In this document: piece by piece, positions 11,450 to 23,700 of the stretch
Position numbering within the stretch: the first letter of the stretch is position 1
Layout of the letters: each line of letters starts with the position of its first letter
DNA from: Fimicolochytrium jonesii
Lineage: Eukaryota
Reading direction: 5' to 3'
Assembly: GCF_025526975.1 (NCBI RefSeq)
Contig: NW_026515683.1
Location: forward strand, 248,001 to 312,000
DNA length: 64,000 nucleotides
Notes under the pieces: model-generated
Told to the model about the DNA's origin: nothing
What the model saw: only the letters and a program-made list of their open reading frames with translations
Database searches by the model: none
Program-made: the position numbers and the translations under genes

Positions 11450-13141
11450 ATGAAGCTCACAGAAAGAGAAAGGCCCACCGTCGGTTGGCATCTTCCCCCC
11501 GAAATCTGGACGCAGATATTCACTCTCATCGTTCGCGAAGAGATTGCCCGCATGTCGCGTAAGCTGTGCGAGAAAGACTTTAACCGGCGGACTAAGACGA
11601 CCTTTCGCGAGCTGCCTGCTTGTTACGTTTTATCTCGCGTCTGCCGGAATTGGCACGGAACGGTCAGGGACCTCGTCGAAAATGCAAAGTGGACTCGTTT
11701 TCATTACGCTGCCTTTTGGAATGATGGGCAAGATGAGCCCTTTTTCTTTCCACAAGGTCCAATAACACTGGACAAAGTGGAAAACTTGCAGCTGACAACG
11801 GGCAGTTCTCATGTGGAACAGCTGCTCTCCATGGTTCCCAACGTTCGTCGTCTGATATTTTCGAAAACACCACCCAACGCCTTCTTCGAGGCGGCGTCAA
11901 AGCACTGCCCTGCGGTACATCACATAACGCAGTCTCAGGACGAATTATTTCCTTCGCCTCAACTGGATCCAGGTGTGCTCAAGACAGCTTTGAGTCGCTG
12001 GCATTCGGCAGGTTTCGGAGGCGTGCGTCAATTGGAGTTAGACTCGGATTTGGTCGTAGATGATGATCTCCTGACATCGATCATGTAATATTGTCCGCGG
12101 TTAAGTTAATCATCACCTGCAAAGACGGAGGACTGGTATCTCAGAATTTTGACTGAGTTGTCTGCAGCTCCATGGGAGGTTTCGGGCGGTACTATTCACA
12201 TCCAGAATGGAACCTGTCTGCCGACGCATTTAACACGTTGGTGGATTGGATCGGTCAATGGGAGGAGGAGTGGGATTGGTCGAAGCTTATCCTTCCTGTT
12301 ACGGGAGGAAATGACTTTGCTGAGCGGATGTTGGCCTTTGCCCGGACCCCGAAGCCTAAGATGAAATCCCTCACGTTCATGGCGTTGCGTGGACAGGAAG
12401 GTAGAAAACTCACCAGAGATGGCCTGTTGGGGGGCCTGATGGCTTGCCCCAATCTGTTGGAGCTCAGCATATCTCAAGCCAGGTTTGACCTTGCGAACGG
12501 TAAGCATTTGATACTACGTGATCGTTGCGACTCTCATTTTGAAGGACGGCCCATACCTAGAAATATTCGACGATCTCTGGCCGACCCTACGGGATCACAA
12601 TCCGGACCTGAGAAAGTTAACCATACATTATGCCCGTGGTTCGCCTCCATCCACCTTTGCATTGAGCGATGCCGCCGCTTCGATAATAAGTGAGCTTCCC
12701 AAGCTATCGAACATCACCCTCAATTTCTGGCCCGACATGAAAGTGAGCCAGCTTTGGAGTCTTCTTAGGCTTCCAAGTACCGTAGACAATCGTCTAGTCA
12801 CGATCTACATAGACCGGCGGTCTGGATACGGTTGCCCCCCTTCTCTCATTTTCGATCTTCTGCAAGCGGTATTGCCGGCGCCGAAGGATTCGCTTTTCCG
12901 AGAGAATACGCAACTCCAGTTCAAACTGTGGACCACCCCATTCAGCCAAGACGACGAGGAGAATGAAGCGGCGGCGGAAGAGTTACTGCCGTTGGTGAAG
13001 GCGGTCAATGAAAAATTTGCTAACGAACGAATTTTTTGTTCTCTGGAGCGATTGCCTTACTGGACCCTGATAATCGAGAAGCGTCTATTCGGAGAAGCTA
13101 AATATCAACAACCCGCGGATGTGGAGTTAGACCATTGGTAG
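11450..13141 (+). CDS. F-box-like / LRR protein (first splice junction ambiguous, possibly disrupted)
   Basis: N-terminal LPPEIWTQIF...LSRVCRNW F-box signature and LRR-like CPNLLELSI and LPKLSNITL. Candidate introns 12085-12167 and 12500-12560 restore the frame. Confidence 0.7.
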
Positions 13142-13724
13142 CGGACGTAGCAGTCGAGGCCGTCCTGCTCGGTGCAGTAGATTAGTTCTAGACTTAGAGG
13201 GCAGGTGTTGAGCACCTGCTTTGATATTACCGCATTCTAGACAGACAAGTAGTAAGCAGACATCCACCATCCATGCGAAATCTGCGCAAAACCATGGCCC
13301 ACGAAACAAGAACCTATGTCGCCGCCCGAGCATCCAAAAAGATAAGTCAGCACTGTATTTTCGTTTTACTCCTCAACTATACCCTACACATCACATCATC
13401 CCGATTTGCGACCAATTGTATGCAAAAAAGGGGGGAAGGGTAAAAAAGAGAGGGGAGGGGGGCCAGCCCAACAAAACAACCAAAATGTGCGGCTAGTATA
13501 TAGCAAAACAGACACGTAGATAGACGACACAGAGCAAGGGTGGAGTAACAAACCCGTACGAACGACCAGCAAGTGGTGGCCCGCGAGACTTTTTCGGTCA
13601 AAACCAGAGATACCCAATAAAATATCCGGCTCCTTCCTAGAGAACTTGATACGCGTGCCGACAAAGTTCATTTTCGTTGTGGGTGGGTGTGGTTTCTCGC
13701 AGGCAGGGCGCGGTATGTAGAAGC

Positions 13725-13840
13725 GGACGAATGTTGATAGGAGGTCGATGGAAGGTCGGGGAGGAAGGCGGAAATGGGTAGTGGACGAATGTCGATAGGA
13801 GGTCGATGGAAGGTCGGGGAGGAAGGCGGAGATGGGTAGT
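13725..13840. repeat. 58-bp tandem duplication (2 copies, 2 mismatches) downstream of the Psr1-type gene
   Basis: GGACGAATGTYGATAGGAGGTCGATGGAAGGTCGGGGAGGAAGGCGGARATGGGTAGT at 13725-13782 and 13783-13840. Confidence 0.9.
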
Positions 13841-13931
13841 TCTACAACAAAAAGGAACAGCCTTTTTCGCCGTTTTGTGGTATATTCGCCCCGGATCCCG
13901 AATTGCGTGTGGATGTTGCGGCAAGGGGTTT

Positions 13932-15509
13932 TCAGGCGGCATCCTTCTGCATCGGCGGGCTGCCGACAGTTTTCGATACCGACAACCGCCTGGCTTCCCC
14001 TGCTGCATCGGCGGAGTCTGGTGCCGGCCGCTCGTCAGCAGCGAGTTTCTCCTCCATTGCTGCGTCCAGTACAACAGTCACATCGTCGATCTGTTTGAGA
14101 TCTTCGAGGAACGGGATAAGTTCGAGAAGTTCCGAATCGTTGGGGTCGTTGAACCAACTGGAGACGGGAACAGCGTTGGTGGGGTGGAAAATGTACGAGG
14201 CTGGGGAATTGTCGAGGATAATGACATCCTTTAGATCACGGCCAAGCATGCTCAAATCCTGCAGTGGGAAAGAATCGTCAGATGGATTGGATTGATGGGA
14301 GGTAATGCGATGGATGCAGGTTTGTCCTTCGATACATACCTTGACGTAATTTCCCCTGTGATGTATGCAAGCTTCACGGAATAACCGGTGTTTCACAACT
14401 TTGTGCTTGTCCAACATGTCGAGAACGGGGTCAGCATACTGTACAGTCGAGATTGAAAGCCGGTGAGTAAACGGGATAGACATCATTATCACCAAGCTGG
14501 CATGCTGAAGAATCACGAAACAAACCTTTGATAAACTTGCGGTGAAAACTACCACCTCAAATTGAGTTCCTAGCCTTTTCATGAATGCATCGACTCCAGG
14601 TCGCTTCAGCACGTATACACTATGGTATTGGCCATCAATCTCTACAGGAATAACGAAATCCGCCTGCGCCACAGCCTGCAAGGAAGAAACAATTAGCCGA
14701 GTCGTCAATCCGATGGCGCCAACTTAGTAATACCTTGAAGGAACTGTGAACTAGAGTCTCATCCAGATCTAGCACCAGGCATTTCCGGCCGACGTCTTCT
14801 GGTGCAAGTGGGGCCAGAAGTGGCTTTCCTGTGTACTTTCATCCAGAAAAGAGACAGATGAATATACGTAATAATCGTTGAAACGCATGCACCACAGCTT
14901 CCCAGACGAGCGCATAGCGCCGCGTGTCTACCCCTCCTCAGGTGAGATTTCACATTCCGCCGCATTGCAAACAACAACTCACTTCTGGTCTCCGCGGGCC
15001 CTGCCTGGCCGGAGAACTAGCAGGTCGCGCGGCCGCCGACTTCTTCTCTGCCTCCTCCCGCGCAGCTTTATCAGCAGCCGCGTCCTTTGCCTGACGATCC
15101 TTTTGTACATCAATCTCGCTATGCGCAGCTGACGAGCCGCAGCAGGAAAATAGAGAGGAGAACCAGGAAGCGGATGCCTCCGAGGGTGTCGTTGTAGATG
15201 CGCGAGCGGTTGCTGATGAGGTAGTTGAAGAAGGGAAAGCGGTAGTATTTGGAGGGGAGATTGCCTCCGGCTGTGTGGTTTTGGGCTGTGTGGCGTTCCC
15301 TGCGGACGTAGTGCCTGCAAAGGTGGGGTGGATGTTTAGCGAGTTTATGATCGTGCAACAGAAAAGGCCTTTGAAAACTCACTGTTGGCGCTGGAAGGTT
15401 GGACTGAGGTGATGATACTCCCCAATGCAGCGTTGTCGGCACCGGTAGCTGAACCTGAAGAAGCCGTAGGCGGCTGCACTTGCGTCATAAGGTCCTCTGG
15501 AGGTGCCAT
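13932..15509 (-). CDS. CTD small phosphatase (Psr1/Psr2/SCP1-like, FCP1/NIF HAD family), multi-exon
   Basis: [17 protein letters not shown] (DxDxT motif), [29 protein letters not shown] and IILDNSP. Confidence 0.93.
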
Positions 15510-16758
15510 CTTTGCAATGGCAGGGAAAACTTGTGACGTTGCACTGTACTTTGAACACCGCTTTGCCGACGCTATATGTCCCGTATCGACCACACCGGCT
15601 ACGCTGTGCTCTAGAACCGTGCGCTGAGTACAATACAGAACGTTACTGTGTGCAGGGTCCCAAAAGTACAGTACGATATAGGAGCAAGATGTGCGGTTGG
15701 CAGTTGGGGGTATTTGGCGGTTTGAAAGTGTGGAGGGACAGCGGCCCAGAAGCACATGTAGGGAATGTGCAACCGCGTGGGGAGGGGGCAAACAATTTGA
15801 TTAGGCCGCGTAATGATCGTCACAAGAAAATTTGATTGCCGTTTCACGATTCCACTCACGGTCCATAATGTTCGCATCGCTAATCTCTTTCGTTAGAGAT
15901 TTGCCTGTTCGTGTCGCCAACTGGTCTAAACATCGCGCTCGCATTCCCGATTCGGACATGGCATCGGTGTCATCCAGTGACATCCGCCCTTCCATACCTT
16001 CGGACGGTGTGATGTGCATTTGCTATGCCAAACTGCGAGTGGACATTCACTCATGCTCGATAGTCCGTTTGCCTATTCTGCGGGAGTCGTCTCGTTTTGA
16101 TTCCCATATTGCTATCCTACCAGCTAACCGGAGGCCATCAGGCTCTGATCATACGCTAATGTCTCAACGAATGGACTTCAACTGCTTCTGGTCTATGCAT
16201 CAGATGGAACGGCAGGGCCTCAACTTCACTGCTGTTGCATGCTTTCCGTCGCCTTTTGGATAGCCAGGGTGTCCGCAAAATCAAAGTGCCAAACGAGTTC
16301 TGAAATCACATCCAGGCGCATCAAGCCTTCCCCAATTTGACCGAGACGCCCTCACAGCCAGCAGATAGAGTACGGGTTTGCCCCACGCTCCTTCACTCTT
16401 ACCACACTCTTACCAGGAGTACCTTCTGAGTCATGGGGCAATCAGAAAAAGCCGGACCAGGCATCAACGGCCTGTTCGAAGAACTCCTATGCAGACTCCT
16501 ATGTGTCCTGTCTGTTCGCCCGCACATTTGGGCCCTGCGCGTCAGCCTTCAAAAACGCGTACCGCTGTCAAACAAAGCGAGTTGCGGTCGCTTTGACTTC
16601 TGCGCAGAACTGCTCTTGGACGCTTTACGATTTTACCGACTACGAGATCCCCCAAGCAACCCGGAAGAACCAACCCAGAAGTCACAGAGACATAGCAACG
16701 TCGGTATTCACGGTCTGTACTGGTATTGCAAAGGACAAGCAACTACGTTTTGGAGCAA

Positions 16759-19162
16759 ATGTCAATACACAGCAAATCACGCGGTTCTCTGGACACGCTC
16801 AACTCAACCACGAACGGCACCGCCGGGCGGAATGCTGGCGCAGAGCTAGCCCAGCATGTCGGGAACGGAGGTGGAGGAGGCGCGGGAAGCTATGCCGGGA
16901 GTGGCATGAGCGCCAAACAGCGAGGTGCGTTGCATAGTCGATAACGTGCAGCCTGCCCGCCTTGAGATTGTACTTACCGCGCTTTGAATCTGGGCAGCAT
17001 CCAAACGGGCTCTTAAAACGTTCAATTATGCAAACTCGGCTTTGGCCAGCACACCAACGTGAGTGAGAGTGGTCTACTCGGAGCTGAGACGCTGGCTTGG
17101 AAGCCGCTTTTGCAGCCGACGACTTGTCTATGCAGGCTAACCGGTTACCACACTGGCCTTTCAACGTTTCCTGCAGGTTGGTGCTGGTGTCCTTGAACAA
17201 TACATTTACACAAAAGACAGTGGATCTGTTCGAGCCGGTAAAGATCGGGAGGAAGATCAGTCCAAAAGTCAGCCCAGAACCAACGAACGGGATATTTGAC
17301 TCCAAAGTCCTGAGTCGGAATCACGCGGAAATATGGTTCGAGGATGGGAAGGTGAGTCGGCCAGATACTCTGGGCAGCAGAGTCGACATCCGTGCTACCA
17401 AATTTGGCATCTAACGAGACTTCAAACGTTAACGATGGGATTAGGTGTGGATCAAAGACGTAAAATCGAGCAACGGAACCTTCGTCGACGGAAAACGGCT
17501 CAGCGAAGAAGGGAAGGAGAGTGAGCCTGTGGAACTAGTAGAGGGTGCCCGCCTTGAATTTGGCATAGATATAAATAACGAAGATGGGTCGGGTATGTTT
17601 CTCTATGCGTAGCTCTCGCAACCTGATACCTAGACACTCACAAACCTGATGTATTTCCCACTCAGCCATCTATCAAAAAGTGTCCTGCAAGGTATCATAC
17701 TTGGATCCATCAGGCATGCAACAATCGACATCACCGTCACTCGGTGTGTCCGAGCCCTCCAAATCGTATGGCAGAAGTCGTTCCGTTTGTGGTGAAACCG
17801 TACTGAACTCGGTTGTTTCATTTTTAGAAACGCTGGATCACACACTTCCCGGGGACCGACTAGGCCAAGCTTGAGCGAGATGATGGATGTAAGCGGCAAC
17901 ATGTGCACCACATGCGTTTCAAAGTAAAGCAGCCTCTAATGATGATGACCCCACACAGCGAGAATTAAAAACGGCGGATGCGACACACGCACAACTGCAA
18001 ACGCTGAAATCATCTCTAGACAGCTTGGTGGCCAACGTGCACGGAGGAAGCACGGTGACGCTCTCCGCAGACGCGTCTGCCGCCTCCGCGGATCTCTCTC
18101 GCCAGTTAGAGGACGCCAGAGCCGAGATTCAGTCTTGGATGGAGAAGCATGACGCTTTGAAGCAGCGTGGAGAGCAAAATGAGTCGTTGCAGAAGCGGGA
18201 AAAGGATCTCCTGGAACAGGTGGAACGGCTGACGAATGAGAACAGTGAAGCCGTTAAAGGGCATCAGGAGGAAGCTGCCGGGTGGAAAACTAGGCTGGAA
18301 GAACTTATGGCTGAAGTCACCCAGCTGACAAAGGTTTGTTTTCACTTCTCGTCATTTAATTACAATGTCCGCGTTGAGAATCGATTAGTCATTCTGGCAC
18401 CTTCATATGATTGCAGAAGAACGAGGAGCAACAGAAAATCGCAACAGCGTCTTCCAGCTCATCAACAAAACTGACAGCCGTCCAAAAGGAGCTCGAAGAC
18501 GTCCGAACAAATTACGAATCCCTTACAAGAGAGAAGCAGAAGCTCACCACCGACATGACATCCCTACGAGCGACCCTGGAGAAATCCGAATCACAGCTCA
18601 AACAACAAAAGGAGCAATTCGATAAACTCTTTAAAGAGGCCGAGCAGTTGCGAAAGGAGACTGAGCAATTACGGCAGGAGAAGGAACGGCTCTTGGAGGA
18701 GAAGGAGCATTCGGCGAATACGAGTCCTGCCAATGAGACCGAGTCCATAGCGACTGCGGCGTCGGCTGTACCGTCGTCAGTCATGTCGCCGCCGTCGGGT
18801 GCTTCAACGCCGAAACGGGATCGGGCGGCGAGGAGGAGGGCTAAGAAGCTGGGGCAGCAGTCGATGGAGAACCTGAACGATGCGCGGCAGCAGTCTGTGG
18901 TAGACGCAAAGGTGGGCGAGAAACCATTACCGCCTACTCCGCCAGGAAAGAAGTCGACGTCGTATCAGGTTGGTGTCAGGGTTACTGGTCCTTTGTGCGG
19001 TGGTTGGCTTTGACACGACACCTCGCTCATCCCCCTTCTCTCGAATAGTTTCTCGCACTGGTTGCCTTCGGCATCATCTCCGTGGGCGGTCTGGCCTACT
19101 TTGGCTACGGACATGGCGGGTTATTCAACCCAGATGGACCCTTGTTGCGAGCGCTCCGATAG
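16759..19162 (+). CDS. FHA domain + coiled coil + C-terminal tail anchor (SLMAP/Far9/Vps64-like STRIPAK component), multi-exon
   Basis: FHA motifs VKIGR, GIFDSKVLSRNHAEIW and IKDVKSSNGTFVDG. Long heptad region. Terminal exon FLALVAFGIISVGGLAYFGY is a TM helix. The start codon is uncertain. Confidence 0.88.
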
Positions 19163-19879
19163 AACTCCCAAGCCTCTCTGAGAGACGAACAAACCTAGGA
19201 TGCATCGTGGAAAGCCTGTGATTTTATATACCCTTCCTTTGGGGCCCCATCTCCCTCAGCCTTCCGCCTCCGGAAGTGTGTCCCCTGGAGTCACACCTGA
19301 GGCGGGGTTCGGAGGCAGGAACACCGGATCCGCCGCGAGGAGGGGTCACTTTGCAGTGGAAGATTTTTGTGCAGTGTATTGTTGGTTGTACAACATTTTT
19401 GAATGTCAAAGCGGAATGTTCTGGATGTACTGTACTTTGGGCCTATGTGGGTGACCGGGCTTTTCTGACCTTCTTCATGGCGGATCCGTTGGGTGAGAAA
19501 CGATTTGCATGTCTTCACATATTGACATTCGAGCCAGGTGCGTCTCAATGCCACAATGTCTCTCCGTCTTCACGTGCTTCACGCTCAGAACCCCCGTCCA
19601 TCGGGTGATCCGCAACCTTGCCAACCTCGTCCTGTCGTACCCAGCGTCGGAACACATCTCGCATTGCAATGATCGCACCAACGGCCGCCGCGGGGAGAGC
19701 ACGGCGACCGAGGTCGGATTTGCGACGCAAACCGTCCCTTATCGTCGTCAAAGGGCACACCCTGCGGTGGGGTTGTCCTTTCCATAGCGCTTGTGGTGCC
19801 CAGTCTCCGATGAAACCACGCTACTTGTAAAGGTGCTCCGACTCCAACGACGCTATCGTCCTCTACCCAATCCAATCGA

Positions 19880-20485
19880 TCATCTCCCTTTCTTCACCGT
19901 CCCCTTCTTCCCACTCCCACTTCCGCCCTCCCTACTCATCCCCACCCCGCCAAACCCCCGTGCAGCGGCGATCCTCGCTAGATATTCGTCACACCTTCCG
20001 AAAGACTCGATTTTCCGCATGTTCTGCAGAATCCCCTGCGCTTCAGCGACTGACGCGCGCGATTTAGTTACGGCCGTTGTTAGCTGGTTTATCTCTTGCT
20101 TCATGTCGTGAGAATGAAGGAGAAGATGAGAACATACATTCCTCAGGAAGAATCGTCGAAGCTACTGGCTTCACTGTGTAACGAACCTTACGGCGGACCA
20201 AGGCGGGTACCTTCCGATGAGCGTGCTCATTTATGCGATAGAAGCCGAGCGAGGACTCATTGGCGAGAGATATGAGGAAAGTTGACAGGTCTGCCGTTGC
20301 TATATATTTCCAACCAATGCGTTTGCACCCCCGTTAGCGCTGGGCGAGGGCGGACTGTCGCAGCTGTGCTACACTTTTTCCAGACCTTTTGTGACAGCCT
20401 CTCTGACGTCTGCATTGTCTGCTGAGGCAGCAAGGGATACGTTGCGGGACGAGCTGGTTGCGGTGTCCCCTCTTCTGGAAGCCAT
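19880..20485 (-). CDS. BORCS8: BLOC-1-related complex subunit 8 (MEF2BNB) homolog; exons 20485-20386, 20299-20187, 20098-19880
   Basis: Assembled EAVTKATADLSTFLISLANESSLGFYRINEHAHRKVPALVRRK resembles the BORCS8 signature LANEPSVALYRLQEHVRRSLP. Both introns are GT-AG and phase-compatible. Confidence 0.8.
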
Positions 20486-20721
20486 AGTGATAAGGACCGG
20501 ATCTGGGACCGGATGCCCTGTTGGTGATTGTTTGCAGATGGCGGAAGACGCGAAAGAACCCTTTCAAACTGCTTTCAACCCTGCTTTCAACCCCTCGTAC
20601 TGTAGACTCGACACACTTTCGACAGACGCCATCTTTGAAGATCGCTTCTCAGTGTAGTGCGGTTTGGAGCGGAGACTTCGCCTGGTCCTTCAAACAACCC
20701 GTCTCCTCGCCACAAGATGCA

Positions 20722-23700
20722 ATGAACAACTCAGTCTTCGCCCAACTTTCGGCTACAGCGCCGGCCAAGCCGTCCACCTCCGCTTTCGGGAGCGTCGGAG
20801 CCGGGCAGGGGTCGGTGAGCAGTGCTTTTGCAGGGCGTGTGGCATCGACAGCAGGCAGAGGGACCGGAAGGGGTCGAGGGACTTCGCCAGGGTCTATGAC
20901 ATGGGTTCGGGACGGCGTGCCGACCAGAGGCCGAGGGCGGGGTGCAGTTCTTGGAAGTGCGACAAGAGGTGGTGGTGGGAACACTCCGGCAACCACATCC
21001 AGAGGGAGGGGAGGGAACTTCTCGAAAGTCTTTGGCGCCCAGCCTTCCGCTCCGCGGTCGTCGACTCCGGCCAGCAATGCCACGGCAAGTCCAGCCATTT
21101 CAGGTAAACAACCTCCAGATAATCGAACGCGGAACACATGCGGAACCCCCAACCTGAACTTCTAATGCTTCGACGAGAAGGCAGTCGAGTGTCCGCCCCT
21201 CGACCACCAGGATTCGCAGCGAAAGTTGTTCCACGCCAGAATCCCGTGAGGCAAAATCTTAGCGTGCCCGCAGCTCAGGAGACGTACGTGATAGGGTCGT
21301 CTTCTACCGGATCTTTCCTCGCAACGAGATACCTAATGCGGCATTTCCCGACGATTCAAGGGCGCCGAGTCCCCAAAGCAGTCCGAACGCCGCTAGCCGC
21401 GCAGATCGTTTCAACGTCCAGCCGGAAAACAACCGATACTATCAAGTTCGTGGACACAATTGGACGTTTATGAAGGCTTCGTTCAATGAGATCTAATTCT
21501 ATTCCTCCAGCTCAAGGAACAACGTCCAGCGCTGATGGCCAAGTACATTGCGGAGGGAAAAATGGACGACCCCGCTCGAAAGTACCGCTTGGAAGATGCT
21601 AGGGACTTTGTAGGCGAATGTCCTGACATGTGTCCCGAGTATGAACGTCACGAGCGAGAGTTCCAGAAGGGGCTTATGGAGTTTGAAAAGGTCCGGGACG
21701 CGTCGACGTTTTGAGTAGCCGGAGGTTCACCGACTGAGAAGTTTCATGCAGATACCGGATACGGAGAAGGTGGACCACGCAAGGGCTGTGAAGCGATATC
21801 GGCGATCTGCAGCGGACGATGAGCAGCCACTACCTTGCGATGTTCGCCCGCCCGCAGTTTTGAATGTAGGCTACATTTCCTCGAATCGTTGGATGCCTTA
21901 TCTGGTACTGACGTTCGAGGTTGGTTAGAGAACATTGGACTACCTAATCCACGATTTGCTTCCACAATACGACCTCCAAAGGACCTACGGATTTATCCGT
22001 GACAGAATGCGCGCGATTCGGAAGGATATAACCTTGCAGAACCTGCGAGGCCCCGAAGCTGTTTCGCTCTTCGAGCGCATTGCAAGGTACCATCTTATGT
22101 GCTCTCAGGCGCTATGCGAAAAAATCGATATCAAACAAGAGTATGAGCAGCTGGGAAAGAGTACGTGACTCCAACCTTCGGCTGCTGGGTTTCAGGATGT
22201 AGAAGTTTCACGCCTTTTGTTCCCGCACAGCCCTGCAGAGTTTAATCGAGTTTTACGATGATCTGCGGGAACATGGCCAGGAGATGCCGAACGAAGCAGA
22301 GTTCCGTGCCTACTACTTACTTCATCATGCGTTCAACCCTGATGTTCAATCAGCGATGGAAAACAAGTTCCGTGGCACCGCGTTCATGCTTCACCCATCG
22401 ATCCAGCTAGCATTAAAGCTTCGAGGCCTCATGCCACGATTGGACCTCCATCACGATGACGACGATGACGATGGGATGGATAACGCCGAGTTGGCCGGTG
22501 AAGGACGGATGGAGGCATATGCTACTTTCTTCAACATCCTTGAAGACCCACAGACTCCCTACCTGTTGGCTTGCGCCGCACATCCCCACTTCATCGTCGT
22601 ACGCCGCTATGCGTTCAAACATATGAACGCCGCTATCTACGTTTTCCCAGGAACCCCCGATACGTGGACATCCTTAACCAGTTTAGTGCACCGTCTTGGC
22701 TATGACAACCAGCAGGATGCACAAATTGATATCGATTACTATGAGATACCAACTGCGGAACTGGATGGCGAGGTGTATGCATCGATTGGGAAAGTGAAGC
22801 AGGTCGGAGCGGATGGGAAGTCACAGATGGTGCCGGGAAAGTTCATAGGTGAGGCTAGAGCTGCGGACGTCCGTTCTGATCTTTTCTATGGGCACGATGC
22901 TTATTCTTTCACGAACTAGACAACAAACGAGTGTCGTTGCAGCCCAGAGTTGCACAAAGACTTCTCGAGGCTAAATTGGAGACTCAGTCATGGAGTCAAG
23001 TCATTGACGGTGAAACTAGGTCGACGAATGGCCTCAACGCTACCTCCATGTTTGGACAACCCGGCTCACAAGGTCTCAACCGACCCGGGGCGTCGTCGCT
23101 CCCGAAAACAAACGTTCCCAATGCTCCACCACCTACAGTGTTTGGCTTACCGGCGGTACAGCCGCCAGCATTTGGCAAACCAGCAGACGGCCCAATGTCT
23201 ATGAGCACCCCCCCTGTGCCCAGTTTCGGTCCTCCGGCATTCATACAATCGACATTTGGCTTGCCGCGAACGCAAGCTCAGGGCAATCACACCTCCGCTC
23301 AAACATCATTCAGCTTTTTGGAGCAAAAGCAGAGCCAAGGGTTCACAGGATTTGCTCAACCCCTGGGATCCGACACCGCGTCTCAACAGACACCCAACTT
23401 CACTCAGTCACCAAATCCCTCCGTAGGCATACCTGATTCCCTGACACAGAACGGTTCTCCGTTAATAGGCCAAAACCATTCGGCTGACACGATGCAGCTC
23501 CAGAAAGAAGTGCAGGAGCGCGAGCGTTTACGCCAAAAGCAAGCTGAAGAGGAGCGTTTGCGGAATATGGAGCTCGAACGCCAAAGGTTGCAAGTAGAAA
23601 TCGAACGACAGAAACAAGCTGCCGCCTTGTTGGAGGCTCAACGGCAACAGGCACTATCGAACGAGCGCGAGCGTATGTTAGCGCAACACAAAGCGGATGA

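Noticed and set aside
16378..16758. ORFs upstream of the FHA gene (16433-16849, 16503-16937)
   Set aside because: No recognisable motifs; more likely promoter or 5' leader of the SLMAP-like gene.
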